Assembly: GCA_964590035.1 (NCBI GenBank)
Contig: CAZPXK010000002.1
Coordinates: 11,979 to 47,010, forward strand
Reading direction: 5' to 3'
DNA from: an uncultured Bdellovibrionales bacterium
Lineage (GTDB): Bacteria > Patescibacteriota > Minisyncoccia > Moranbacterales > UBA1568
DNA: 35,032 nucleotides
The translations under genes and the position numbers were made by a program. Below, one piece after another: positions 18,597 to 27,609 of this stretch. Position 1 is the first letter of the stretch. The number at the start of each line of letters is the position of its first letter. The notes under the pieces were generated by a model. That model ran no database searches, was not told the origin of the DNA, and was given only the letters and a program-made list of their open reading frames with translations.

Positions 18597-18869
18597 ATGC
18601 CAGCAGAAAATCCATTTGAGGGAAGCGTCGAGTCTTCTGGGGAAAAACGTATGATGAGCTGGGAAGAATTGATTCAGTCAGCTGAACAAGGGAAATGTAA
18701 CGAAACAGAGATGGAAGCGCTTAAGTTGCAGGCTCAAATGCGATTTGAGCATATGAAGAATACTCTGCCAGAAGAGTCCTCTAAACCCACTCTCGCTGAA
18801 GCTAGCTTCGAAGTTGATTTTTCCAAAAAGCAGGTGCTTAGAGCGGTGTTGAACGAAGAGTCTGTATGA
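18597..18869 (+). CDS. hypothetical small acidic protein (90 aa)
   Basis: Its stop overlaps the next start (ATGA, 18866-18869), which suggests translational coupling. No family recognised. Confidence 0.45.
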   Translation: MPAENPFEGSVESSGEKRMMSWEELIQSAEQGKCNETEMEALKLQAQMRFEHMKNTLPEESSKPTLAEASFEVDFSKKQVLRAVLNEESV

Positions 18870-19321
18870 AAAAATCTTTCGATCTTAAGAAAGGCGTGGA
18901 TTTTATCGGGGTGACTTGTGTTTTTTACTGTCATGATGGCAAAGGAAATCTATTGATGCACAAACGGAGCAAAAACTGTCGCGATGAACAGGGACGCTGG
19001 GATACGGGTTCTGGATCTATGGAATTTGGTGAAACACCGGAAGAGGCCGTCGTTCGCGAGATACAGGAAGAATATTGCGTGAAACCAAACAAGGTACAAC
19101 TGTGTGGCGTGCGCAATGTACTTCGTACCAATGGGAACACCAAGACTCATTGGATAGCATTCGTATTTGTTGCACAAGTCAATCCCAAAAAAGTAGCCAT
19201 TGGAGAATCGGAAAAAATGGAGGAGTTTTCATGGTTTCGTATGGATAAGCTGCCAAAACCGCTGCATTCTGTTTTTCGTGCTCAATTGAAAATGATTCAA
19301 GAATCAGGTGTAAAAATTTAG
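18866..19321 (+). CDS. NUDIX hydrolase
   Basis: Nudix box GSGSMEFGETPEEAVVREIQEEYCV (GX5EX7REUXEEXGU). Confidence 0.85.
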   Translation: MKKSFDLKKGVDFIGVTCVFYCHDGKGNLLMHKRSKNCRDEQGRWDTGSGSMEFGETPEEAVVREIQEEYCVKPNKVQLCGVRNVLRTNGNTKTHWIAFVFVAQVNPKKVAIGESEKMEEFSWFRMDKLPKPLHSVFRAQLKMIQESGVKI

Positions 19322-19328
19322 AATAGCT

Positions 19329-19919
19329 ATGCTCCAGAAACTGCTTGAATTTTCGAAGATGCTGAACGAACTGCAAGCAGTGGAGCGCGTGATACGCGTG
19401 CCAGGTTCCGAACGTTGGGAAAACGATGTCGAGCACTCATACAGTTTGGCTATGCTTGCCTGGTATATCATAGAGACTGAGAAATTGGCACTTGATAGGG
19501 GTAAGGTGTTTCAGTATGCTCTGGCTCATGACCTGGTGGAGGTTTATGCCGGAGACACCTATCTCTTTAGCGCGGACAAAAAATTTTTGGCATCAAAACC
19601 GGAGCGTGAACGTCTGGCAGCAGAACGTCTGGCAGTAGAATTTCCAGAAGTGCCCGAGATGCATGCTGCAATCCGAGGGTATGTCACCAAAGAAGATCCG
19701 GAAAGTCGGTTTGTGTATGCGCTGGATAAGATTGAGCCACTCATCAAGCTATATCTCGATGGTGGTCGGACGTGGAAAGAAAAGGGAGTGACGCTCGAGA
19801 TGGCCTATGAGAGCAAGAAAGATAAAGTAGCCTTGTCTCCTGAGGTTAAGAAATATTTTGATGAGTTCATGGAGTTGCTTCGCAGAGAAGAAAAACAGCT
19901 TTTTGGTAATAAAAGTTGA
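19329..19919 (+). CDS. HD-domain phosphohydrolase (YfbR-like 5'-deoxynucleotidase family)
   Basis: ENDVEHSYSLAMLAWY ... ALAHDLVEVYAGD gives the H...HD...D metal-binding pattern. Confidence 0.8.
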   Translation: MLQKLLEFSKMLNELQAVERVIRVPGSERWENDVEHSYSLAMLAWYIIETEKLALDRGKVFQYALAHDLVEVYAGDTYLFSADKKFLASKPERERLAAERLAVEFPEVPEMHAAIRGYVTKEDPESRFVYALDKIEPLIKLYLDGGRTWKEKGVTLEMAYESKKDKVALSPEVKKYFDEFMELLRREEKQLFGNKS

Positions 19920-20135
19920 AAGACCTTACGTCAGTAAGGCCTGATGGGTGGTGCGGTGCACCGAAAGGGAGAAGGGGAGGGGGAGAGAGTATAGGAAGCG
20001 TTGTTCTTATAATTTTTGGTATTCAAGCGAATACCAGCTTCTCTCAAGTCCCCCAAGCCCCGTGCCTAGAATATAGCATGATAGATTCCGTGCTACAATA
20101 GCAACAAGTAAAATGGCTTGTATAAGGTGTAAAAT

Positions 20136-20624
20136 ATGAGAAAAATATTGACACTGTGTTTCGTAGTAAAAGAGGACAAGATTCTTCTTGGGATGAAGAA
20201 GCGTGGGTTTGGTGCTGGGCGGTGGAATGGCTTTGGAGGCAAGGTAGAAGTTGGCGAAAGTATTGAGGCAGCGGCCAAGCGTGAAACAAAGGAAGAATCC
20301 GGGATTGAGATAAGCGAGATGCAAGAGGTGGGTATCCATGAGTTTGAATTTCATGACAAGCGGGGAGATATCCTTGAAGTGCATGTGTTCCGAGTAGACA
20401 AGTGGCAGGGCGAGCCCCGAGAAACCGAAGAAATGCGGCCGCAGTGGTTCACCACCGATGCTATCCCTTACGACGAGATGTGGCCGGACGATATCCACTG
20501 GATCCCGGTGTTTTTGACCGGCAAGAAATTTCGCACCAAGTTCCTCTTTGGCGAAGGTGACTCGGTACTGGAGAATCACGTGGAAGAAGTGACTACTCTT
20601 GATGGAACAGAAGGAGTGGTTTAG
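20136..20624 (+). CDS. NUDIX hydrolase, MutT/NUDT1-like
   Basis: GRWNGFGGKVEVGESIEAAAKRETKEESGI is a Nudix box. The overall architecture is that of an 8-oxo-dGTPase-like protein. Confidence 0.85.
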   Translation: MRKILTLCFVVKEDKILLGMKKRGFGAGRWNGFGGKVEVGESIEAAAKRETKEESGIEISEMQEVGIHEFEFHDKRGDILEVHVFRVDKWQGEPRETEEMRPQWFTTDAIPYDEMWPDDIHWIPVFLTGKKFRTKFLFGEGDSVLENHVEEVTTLDGTEGVV

Positions 20625-22213
20625 AATACGCCTGTTTCCAAGGGCCTGTAGTCTAGTGGTAAAACAGTGCATTCGCATTGCACAGCCGGCGGTTCGATTC
20701 CGCCCAGGTCCACCAAATCGGATTTTTTATCGCCAAAGGTCTCACTTATCTCGAAGATAAGCCCCAATTTGGCAGTTCCAAATCCTACACCTTTCGTATA
20801 GCGTATTCCCTCGGGAAAAACCAGTTTTTGGAACCGAGGATACAGATGCGGGGGTAAATCCGTCCATTGTCTTCCTAAATCGCTTATGTAGCGTTCTGCA
20901 TAGGCTACCGAGGCTTCTGCATCGAATTGTTCTATCCGAGCCTCACTTCGCGAAATACGCGAGGCTATGAGCTCGTTTTCCACTTCGGCTTTCCGTTCGG
21001 TAAATTCTTCTTTCGTATAGGAGCCGTCTTCTCGCATCTCGAAAATCCGTTTACGCTTCTCTTCCAAAAGGGCGATTGTCTTATCGTATCGTTTCGCCTC
21101 GGCTTCAAAATGTCCGCCTTTGTCTTTCCAGATACTCACAATGGTCGAGTTGATGAGGTCGCGAACTTTCTTCTTAGGGATGATTTCTTGGAGCTTCTTT
21201 ACGAAGTCTTCTGCTACCTTGTCCACGGAAAGACTTTTGCAATACATAGAGCAACGTTTGGTGAAGCAATGATAGTAGGGGTATGCTCCACCTGTTCCGT
21301 GGGAAATACTCGCGGTTACTGCTTTACCGCACTCTCCGCAGAGGATTGTTTTCCGCAAAGGAAAGGTTGGATTTACCTTGTGGCGGAGGATTTTCACGCC
21401 CTTACCCGCCATTCGTTGTTTGATTTGATAATGTTCTTCTTCTGTAATCATCGGTTTATGCAATCCTTTGACTTCTTCTTTCGCCCACGGATTGACGATG
21501 ATACCTGCATAAAAGTTCAAATGCCTGAAAAGCAATCCGCTCACGAATTGAACCTTGGTTTTGCTTCCTCGGTATTTATCAAGCCCCCACTCATTGAACA
21601 AATGAGCAAGCTCCGTTTGAGAGACTTGCCCGCGAGCGTATTCCTTCAATCCGCGTTGAATAATAGGAAAGACGTTTTCGTCTGGCTTGTCGGGTTCATT
21701 TTTCTTTTCTCCTCGTTTCTTTGCCTGTCCGCAGATGTAGCCGATAGGAGGCTTCCACGGAAAGAGACCTTGGTTTATTCGTGAAATCATTCCGTCCACG
21801 CAACGCTGACGACGAACGGCATTATCAAATTCAGCACTTCCCGCAAGCACGGTCTCGATGAACTTTTCGGTCGGGTTATTTCCAATTGGTTCCGTTACGG
21901 AATGGAGGGTTACGCCGTAATCAAGAAGTACCTTGCGGACGTAGAAATGGTCTTCAGTATTTCTGGCGAACCTGTCTACTTTGGCAACTACAAACGCATC
22001 CATTTTCCCCTTATTCTTTCGGCAAAGCTCGATAGCTCGCAAGAACTCCTTACGGTCGGCAGATTTTGCCGAAGCTCCCTCCTCGCGGAAAACGGCTACG
22101 ATTTCGATGCCTCGGTCTTTGCAATAGTTTCGGCAAATCTCTTCTTGGAAATCAAGAGAAGTGCCTTTGATTTGTTCGTCGCTTGATACGCGTGTATAGA
22201 TTATTCCTTTCAT
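20621..22213 (-). CDS. large serine recombinase (resolvase domain + recombinase domain + zinc ribbon + coiled coil)
   Basis: MKGIIYTRVSSDEQ (catalytic Ser region) ... DAFVVAKVDRFARN ... CGECGKAVTASISHGTGGAYPYYHC (zinc ribbon). The start is taken as ATG 22213 rather than the ORF-track position 22252. The last ~31 codons are antisense to the tRNA-Ala gene and the 18-nt spacer just upstream of it. Confidence 0.9.
   Translation of the reverse strand: MKGIIYTRVSSDEQIKGTSLDFQEEICRNYCKDRGIEIVAVFREEGASAKSADRKEFLRAIELCRKNKGKMDAFVVAKVDRFARNTEDHFYVRKVLLDYGVTLHSVTEPIGNNPTEKFIETVLAGSAEFDNAVRRQRCVDGMISRINQGLFPWKPPIGYICGQAKKRGEKKNEPDKPDENVFPIIQRGLKEYARGQVSQTELAHLFNEWGLDKYRGSKTKVQFVSGLLFRHLNFYAGIIVNPWAKEEVKGLHKPMITEEEHYQIKQRMAGKGVKILRHKVNPTFPLRKTILCGECGKAVTASISHGTGGAYPYYHCFTKRCSMYCKSLSVDKVAEDFVKKLQEIIPKKKVRDLINSTIVSIWKDKGGHFEAEAKRYDKTIALLEEKRKRIFEMREDGSYTKEEFTERKAEVENELIASRISRSEARIEQFDAEASVAYAERYISDLGRQWTDLPPHLYPRFQKLVFPEGIRYTKGVGFGTAKLGLIFEISETFGDKKSDLVDLGGIEPPAVQCECTVLPLDYRPLETGVF
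20642..20715 (+). tRNA. tRNA-Ala (anticodon CGC), CCA encoded
   Basis: Manual cloverleaf. Acceptor GGGCCTG/CAGGTCC with the G3:U70 alanine identity pair. U8, A14, G18G19. Anticodon stem GTGCA/TGCAC with loop TTCGCAT (U33, CGC, A37). T arm GGCGG-TTCGATT-CCGCC. Discriminator A followed by CCA. There is one C:A mismatch in the D stem. Confidence 0.9.
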
Positions 22214-22234
22214 AATTGTAAATTTTAGATACTC

Positions 22235-22344
22235 AAAAGGCGGTTCTGGCACCCAACATACGCCACAAGAGTGGTTTTTGTCGGCAGAACCGCCTTTTCG
22301 GCGACAAAAAATAGAAACTCCTGTGGAATTGGTACGTTGGGTGC
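22235..22344. repeat. cluster of inverted repeats in the spacer between the two recombinase genes
   Basis: AAAAGGCGGTTCTG (22235-22248) / CAGAACCGCCTTTT (22285-22298), perfect 14 bp. GCACCCAACATA (22249-22260) / TACGTTGGGTGC (22333-22344), 11 of 12. TTTTTGTCG (22275-22283) / CGACAAAAA (22302-22310). Confidence 0.7.
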
Positions 22345-22358
22345 ATTTATATTATGCC

Positions 22359-23498
22359 TCATTTTTCGCTTTCTGCCAACTCTTTTTTGAGGATTTTTGC
22401 GAGCTTCTTTATCGCCGTATCGCTCATATCTCCGATAACAGGTTCAATCTCTGGATTGCCGAACTTGATACCGCGGATGATTTCCGTTTGTCGGTCGGTA
22501 GAGATTTTTCCGTAACCGTAAGAACCAAAAGTTGTTCCTACGTCTGTATGTCCGAGATTTTGACTGATAGCTTTCTTTTCTTCCTCGGTCAGTCGTGTCT
22601 TGATGAACTCTTTGACGATAAGATGCCGAAAGGTATGCGGATGGAAATAGGGGATACCTGCACCTTTGAAGCGTTTCTCGAATATCTTTCTGGCAGGGGA
22701 TGCGTTGCTCCAAAAGGTAGGCTCGACAACTCCCGAACTGTAATAGCTGATATTTTCCTTTCCTTGCTCCAATTTGGTGGCGGGAAAAAGCGGGTCAATG
22801 GGTGAGAACTCCCGCTTCTTCTCAAGATAGTCGAACCATTCCAGAAAATAGGTGAGAGGTTTTTTATCAGGCATCGGGAAGAGGGCGGTCGTAATCATCT
22901 TGGAAAACTTGGTTTTCACTCCCGAGGCTGGGTCTTGTTCCAAGATGAGCCTCCGCTTGTCGAAGCTCTTCATTCGGAGGCTGGCGATAGCGGAAATTCT
23001 CGCTCCTGTCAGAAGAGTAAGGGCGATGAGAGCCTTATCACGTTTTTCAACTTCGGTTTCTCCATTGATGCTTTCAAGGACTTGCAAGACTTCCTCGAAA
23101 GTCGGAGCGTCTACCGTCCTCGCTCGGGTGGCTATCTGGCTTTCTTTCCGTGAGAGGTTCAAATAGCCTATGTGAGTAGCGTTGATTTTTGATTTCGGCT
23201 GTTGAGCAAGCCACTCGAAGAACTTTCGCAGGTAGCGGAGAATATCGTAGCAATAGCTCAAGCTGATGGGGTTTTTGGAACCCTTCTTTTCTTTCCCTTT
23301 GAGCCAGTCCCTGAAAACGATTGCCTGCTTATCGTCAAAGGAAGAAAAATCGTCCGTCTTGGTAAAGTCTTCCCAGTAGAGCAGGGCTTTCTCGAAAGAC
23401 GCTATGGAATTGTCTGAAAATTGCTCTGAATTTTTGAGGAAAGCGAAGAACTCACGCTTCGTCATTTCATTCTTGTAATTCGCTTTTTTCATATACAT
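22359..23498 (-). CDS. tyrosine recombinase / phage-type integrase
   Basis: N-terminal SAM-like core-binding domain. Catalytic domain with LTGARISAI (Arg), HPHTFRHLIV (H-x-x-R) and LGHTDVGTTFGSYGY (His/Tyr). Confidence 0.9.
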   Translation of the reverse strand: MYMKKANYKNEMTKREFFAFLKNSEQFSDNSIASFEKALLYWEDFTKTDDFSSFDDKQAIVFRDWLKGKEKKGSKNPISLSYCYDILRYLRKFFEWLAQQPKSKINATHIGYLNLSRKESQIATRARTVDAPTFEEVLQVLESINGETEVEKRDKALIALTLLTGARISAIASLRMKSFDKRRLILEQDPASGVKTKFSKMITTALFPMPDKKPLTYFLEWFDYLEKKREFSPIDPLFPATKLEQGKENISYYSSGVVEPTFWSNASPARKIFEKRFKGAGIPYFHPHTFRHLIVKEFIKTRLTEEEKKAISQNLGHTDVGTTFGSYGYGKISTDRQTEIIRGIKFGNPEIEPVIGDMSDTAIKKLAKILKKELAESEK

Positions 23499-23576
23499 TT
23501 AGGCGTTATTGATGATTTACTCGTAAAGAGACATTCAGGAGAGAGATGCTGGAACCTGTTAGTCCTTTTGGAAGTC

Positions 23577-23960
23577 TCATACGAGGCGATTTACTTTTGT
23601 CCCGCATCGCTCGCATTTTCCCCTTTGGAAGAACTGCTTCCGCGAGTTTTTCCCGATTGTTTTTCCTGTCGGAACCGTCTCTTCCGTTCCTAATGTGGCA
23701 CGGGTCGGCACTCGGCATTTCAGGCAATAATACTCGCCTTGTTGAAGTGGCACTTTTCGCTTCTTCATTTTTTCAGAAAGGAAGTGGCGGAGTTCGTCGC
23801 CCATAATGAGGAGGGGACGAGTGTTCTTTTCAAGGGGATGGAGACCATCCCCGAGCCATCGGAAAATCGTTTTCTTATTGATGTGAAAGAGCGTAGCGAT
23901 TTCTTCGGGTGTGTAGCTATGGCGAGACGTGATAAGTCTCGGGTTATATCGTCGTGTCAT
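23577..23960 (-). CDS. HTH DNA-binding protein with a C-terminal C4 zinc ribbon
   Basis: YTPEEIATLFHINKKTIFRWLGDGL is an HTH. YYCLKCRVP...GKCERCGTK gives CxxC...CxxC. The start is taken as the ATG at 23960 (MTRRYNP), downstream of the small coupled ORF. Confidence 0.6.
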   Translation of the reverse strand: MTRRYNPRLITSRHSYTPEEIATLFHINKKTIFRWLGDGLHPLEKNTRPLLIMGDELRHFLSEKMKKRKVPLQQGEYYCLKCRVPTRATLGTEETVPTGKTIGKNSRKQFFQRGKCERCGTKVNRLV

Positions 23961-23988
23961 ATTTGCGTAATTATGGATTTCAAGTTGG

Positions 23989-24162
23989 CTATGCTTCTCG
24001 GGTCGGAAGTGCCTCACCTTGAGCAGAAGCCTTCCTTTCGCAAAGCCACTGCTCAAAGATTATTTCTCCAAGGATTTGAACGGCATCCCTGATTTCGGCT
24101 ACTTCTTCATCGGAAAGCGTATCGTCGTCCAAAAGCCGTTTGGCTTCTTCGATGGTTAGCAT
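23989..24162 (-). CDS. small acidic ORF (57 aa), below the ORF-track length cut-off
   Basis: MLTIEEAKRLLDDDTLSDEEVAEIRDAVQILGEIIFEQWLCERK... Its ATG overlaps the stop of the upstream gene (ATGCTAA, 24156-24162), which suggests translational coupling. Confidence 0.4.
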   Translation of the reverse strand: MLTIEEAKRLLDDDTLSDEEVAEIRDAVQILGEIIFEQWLCERKASAQGEALPTREA

Positions 24163-24443
24163 ACGGCTTCATCCGAATAGAGACGGTTCTTTATCATCTT
24201 TTGGCTATCAAAGAGCGTCCGTGCATTGAGTTGCAAACGGTCGTTCCAATAGTCGTTGGCACTGGTCTCGATAGTCGGGACACGCCGAAAGATAAACCGA
24301 GCTTTCTTCGGGTTTACGGTTCGCTCGAGGGTATGCAACTCATACCCCAAAGCCACGAGAGAAGAAGCCAAGCCAAGGTCGGTCGTGGCATACTTCGCTT
24401 CTTCAGATAGTTCTGCTGTCTCCTTCAGATGCTTGGTAATCAT
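24156..24443 (-). CDS. DUF5659-like small protein
   Basis: TTDLGLASSLVALGYELHTLERTVNPKKARFIFRR...DYWNDRLQLNARTLFDSQKMIKNRLY fits my recollection of the DUF5659 pattern (TDLyLAafL..G..l...e....k..F.F). This has not been verified by search. Confidence 0.5.
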   Translation of the reverse strand: MITKHLKETAELSEEAKYATTDLGLASSLVALGYELHTLERTVNPKKARFIFRRVPTIETSANDYWNDRLQLNARTLFDSQKMIKNRLYSDEAVC

Positions 24444-24575
24444 AAAGATTGATATAAATGATGATTACCAATCGCGATTGGATTTGCGTTTCTGCTATAT
24501 TGCGCAAAACAAAAACGCATCGTAATGATGCGCTTTTATGTCTTTTGGAAATACTTACATCAGGAAAACGAGTAT

Positions 24576-25661
24576 TTAAATGTCCCTAATATCTTTCGGC
24601 TCTCTTCTATTTTTTATAGACTTTGCAAACCGAGTGGCACTTTTTTTGATAGCATCAGGAGTCATTTGAATATCGTTTTGTTCATCAAGAATTGCGGAGA
24701 TGATTGACTCCTTATACACACCAGCTAGAGAAAGATTTTTTTCACCCTTGTAGTGTTTCAAGAGTTCTTTCTTTGGCAGTTTATAGAGTTCATATATGAG
24801 CTGATTTCTTTTAACATCACTCTCTTTTATCTCGCTAACTTTCACATCGTATTGTTTGTAAAACGTATTCTTTTTGATGATATGCTCTTTCAAATCATTC
24901 CAATTGTCTTCTATATAATTGAGAACCTGCTCTTTTGTTGCATAGGGTTTTACTATGATGAATACACTATTGAAGTGAGAGGAAAGTAGCTTTACTGTTC
25001 TCTCGCTAAAAATATATTTACCACTAAATGGACCCTCCTCTTGACCGTCCATATCATATCGGTCAGGTGAAAAATGGGCTACCCCTATATATCTACAATT
25101 TGGACACGCAATCTTATTTTGAATGTAATTGCGAACACCCTTTTCGCCAAGAAACAGGTATTTCTCAATGAAGTGCATCATTATATGTTCATCAAGCAAG
25201 TCTACATTGAAAAATTTCTGGAATAGAGACCACGCCGTTGGGAAAAGCTTCGAAAGTTTTTTATTCTCTGATATAAAATGATTTTGAGTGAAGTAGCTGT
25301 TGTGGTCATCAATTCGTGAGGATAGAAATATAATTATATCGAGTGGTTTGAATCTTCCTTTTGATTCTTTGATAAAAGCGTCAACTACTTCGTCTCTATT
25401 TTCATTATTCAAACGAATACCTTTTTTTGCCTCATATTTCTCAATAAAACAGAAAAATGCCAGAGAATGTTGTTCATTTGCAGTAAGCTTATTCATCAGA
25501 AATTCTGCCAGTTGTGGAATTTCATCAAAGCCATTTTCAATCGGTATGCCGAGCTCTTTTCTTGTCTTTTTTATTTCATTAACAAAACCCTCCTTTATAA
25601 CAAGCTTATCAAAAAGGATTTTGAATTTTTTCTCGAAATAATCAGCAGAGTACTTTTTCAT
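24576..25661 (-). CDS. hypothetical protein (361 aa), AT-rich orphan
   Basis: Long uninterrupted ORF in a region of about 30% GC. Lys/Asn/Ile/Phe-rich. One CPNC motif. No family recognised. Transcribed divergently from the HTH-mod-res operon. Confidence 0.6.
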   Translation of the reverse strand: MKKYSADYFEKKFKILFDKLVIKEGFVNEIKKTRKELGIPIENGFDEIPQLAEFLMNKLTANEQHSLAFFCFIEKYEAKKGIRLNNENRDEVVDAFIKESKGRFKPLDIIIFLSSRIDDHNSYFTQNHFISENKKLSKLFPTAWSLFQKFFNVDLLDEHIMMHFIEKYLFLGEKGVRNYIQNKIACPNCRYIGVAHFSPDRYDMDGQEEGPFSGKYIFSERTVKLLSSHFNSVFIIVKPYATKEQVLNYIEDNWNDLKEHIIKKNTFYKQYDVKVSEIKESDVKRNQLIYELYKLPKKELLKHYKGEKNLSLAGVYKESIISAILDEQNDIQMTPDAIKKSATRFAKSIKNRREPKDIRDI

Positions 25662-25715
25662 TGCAATCCTAAAGTTTTGCGTAATCGTAATCGTGTAGTA
25701 TAGTTATGGTAACTT

Positions 25716-25937
25716 ATGGTAGAAGAGAAATCAAGTTTGATGAAACGAGAAAATATGCCTGAAATCCTCACTTTGAAACAGGCAAGCGAGGTTTTACATT
25801 GCCACCCAAATACGCTCCGCACGTGGGAGCGGGAAGGGCTGATAAAGTGTATCCGCTTTGGAAAAAGAGGCGATAGGCGATTTGCCAAGGAAGAAATACT
25901 TCGTCTACTTGATGGGAAAGTAGATTTATCAAAATAA
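25716..25937 (+). CDS. excisionase-family / MerR-type HTH DNA-binding protein
   Basis: ILTLKQASEVLHCHPNTLRTWEREGLIKCIRFGKRGDRRFAKEEI is the typical excisionase-family HTH_17 pattern. Internal starts (MKRENMPE or MPEIL) are possible. Confidence 0.7.
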   Translation: MVEEKSSLMKRENMPEILTLKQASEVLHCHPNTLRTWEREGLIKCIRFGKRGDRRFAKEEILRLLDGKVDLSK

Positions 25938-25962
25938 GATTACAAATTACGAAAAAATTACT

Positions 25963-27609
25963 ATGTCAGAAAGCTCACTCAAAAAAGGTCGTTACACGAA
26001 ATTCAGCAATAAAATTGGATTGTATAGCAATAGCAAGGGGGGCTTTATCAAAAACGATACTGACGTAGTGCTGAACTTTCCGTTCAAAGATGCCGTACTT
26101 GAAGCAGGAATGAGCAAGGAGGATGTCGGGCGTGAGGAACGCTTTCTTCACATCGAGGTTGATAGCAAAGACATCGACACGCTGGAAGAACCAAAAGTGC
26201 TTACTGACTTCCGTTACATTGATAAGGACGGCGAAAGGGCATTGGATGCCAATAGCGATATTGAGTTTTTTGATACCGAAGGTAACCTCAAGCAGAACCT
26301 GCTCATCAAGGGGAATAACTTGCTGGCACTGTATACCTTGCGTGAGCGTCTTGCTGGGCAAGTGAAGCTCATCTACATTGACCCCCCGTATAACACGGGT
26401 AACGACGGCTTCCGCTATAACGATAGCTTCAATCATTCAGCATGGCTGGTGTTTATGAGGAATCGACTTGAGGTTGCAAAAGAGTTGCTTAGTGATAATG
26501 GAGCAATATTTGTACAATGTGATGATAATGAGCAGGCTTATCTCAAGGTGTTGATGGATGAGATATTTGGACGCGATAACTTTATCGGAACTCTTATTCA
26601 TCAGCGGGCGAAAGGTGGAGGGCAAGCTAAATATATCGTAAAAGGCCACGATTATATAACTATATTTGCTAAAGATGCTAGTAGTAATGTTCAATTCGCT
26701 CGACAGAAAGTAATTCAGGGAAAGGTTGTAGAAATTGATGGAGTAGCGCACTTACGAAATGATGATATTGTTCGAAAAACTTTTGGAAAATATGATAAGT
26801 CGTTGGGAGATAGGCGCTGTTATTATGAGGAACTAGAAAAATATAAAAATCCATCCCAAATAGAGGAAATTCGACGCAAGGTTGAATTAAGAGAATATGT
26901 TTTGGAAAAAAATGCCTCTGGTATGCATACGATTGTAGCGTATACGCCTGTAGATAGTGCTTATTCGAAGCTATACTCCATCGTTAATGCTTTGTCAGAG
27001 AAGGGTAATGAGCAAATAGAAAGCCTGGGATTGGATTTCAGCAATCCTAAACCAGAAGAGATTATACGGTTTCTTATCGAATCCACTACTAAAGAAAACG
27101 ATATTGTACTTGACTATCATTTAGGTTCAGGCACTACCTCTGCTGTGGCTCAGAAGATGAACCGTCGATGGGTTGGTATTGAACAGATGGATTACATTGA
27201 AGATGTAGCGAAGGAGCGCTTAAAGAAGGTTGTTGCAGGCGAACAAGGTGGTATTAGCAAAACCGTTGGTTGGACTGGCGGTGGCTCTTTTGTGTATTTT
27301 GAACTCAAAAAATACAATCAAGAATATATCGACCGTATCGCGAAGGCTACAAGTCTCTCTGAACTGGAAGAAATCTATGTGGATATGCGGAACAATGCCT
27401 TTCTGAAGTTTTGGTTTGACCGCAAAGAGTTTGAAAAGGACGAGAATTTCCGCAATCTCGACATTCAAGGTCGCAAGCAGAAGCTCGTGGACGTATTGGA
27501 TGAAAACCAACTCTATCTGAACTATGCCGATATGGATGACACACGGCACAAAGTAACTGTCGACGAAAAGACACTAACGGACAAGTTTTATGGCTCGGCA
27601 AAAAACTAA
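25963..27609 (+). CDS. mod: type III restriction-modification DNA methyltransferase (Mod), beta-class N6A/N4C
   Basis: Motif IV IYIDPPYNTGND comes before motif I VLDYHLGSGTTSAVA, which is beta-class order, with a variable region of about 230 aa between them. It is followed by, and overlaps, a res gene. Confidence 0.9.
   Translation: MSESSLKKGRYTKFSNKIGLYSNSKGGFIKNDTDVVLNFPFKDAVLEAGMSKEDVGREERFLHIEVDSKDIDTLEEPKVLTDFRYIDKDGERALDANSDIEFFDTEGNLKQNLLIKGNNLLALYTLRERLAGQVKLIYIDPPYNTGNDGFRYNDSFNHSAWLVFMRNRLEVAKELLSDNGAIFVQCDDNEQAYLKVLMDEIFGRDNFIGTLIHQRAKGGGQAKYIVKGHDYITIFAKDASSNVQFARQKVIQGKVVEIDGVAHLRNDDIVRKTFGKYDKSLGDRRCYYEELEKYKNPSQIEEIRRKVELREYVLEKNASGMHTIVAYTPVDSAYSKLYSIVNALSEKGNEQIESLGLDFSNPKPEEIIRFLIESTTKENDIVLDYHLGSGTTSAVAQKMNRRWVGIEQMDYIEDVAKERLKKVVAGEQGGISKTVGWTGGGSFVYFELKKYNQEYIDRIAKATSLSELEEIYVDMRNNAFLKFWFDRKEFEKDENFRNLDIQGRKQKLVDVLDENQLYLNYADMDDTRHKVTVDEKTLTDKFYGSAKN

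Noticed and set aside
19944-19985. Purine/G-rich tract (GGGTGGTGCGGTG...GGGAGAAGGGGAGGGGGAGAGAG), considered as a G-quadruplex or regulatory element
   Set aside because: The first loop would be about 18 nt, too long for a canonical G4, and there is no supporting context. I treat it as low-complexity intergenic sequence.
20744-20760. Perfect palindrome CTTATCT-cga-AGATAAG just inside the element, considered as a candidate att core
   Set aside because: It lies within the recombinase coding sequence, and a 7-bp palindrome can occur by chance. No partner site is available to support the idea.
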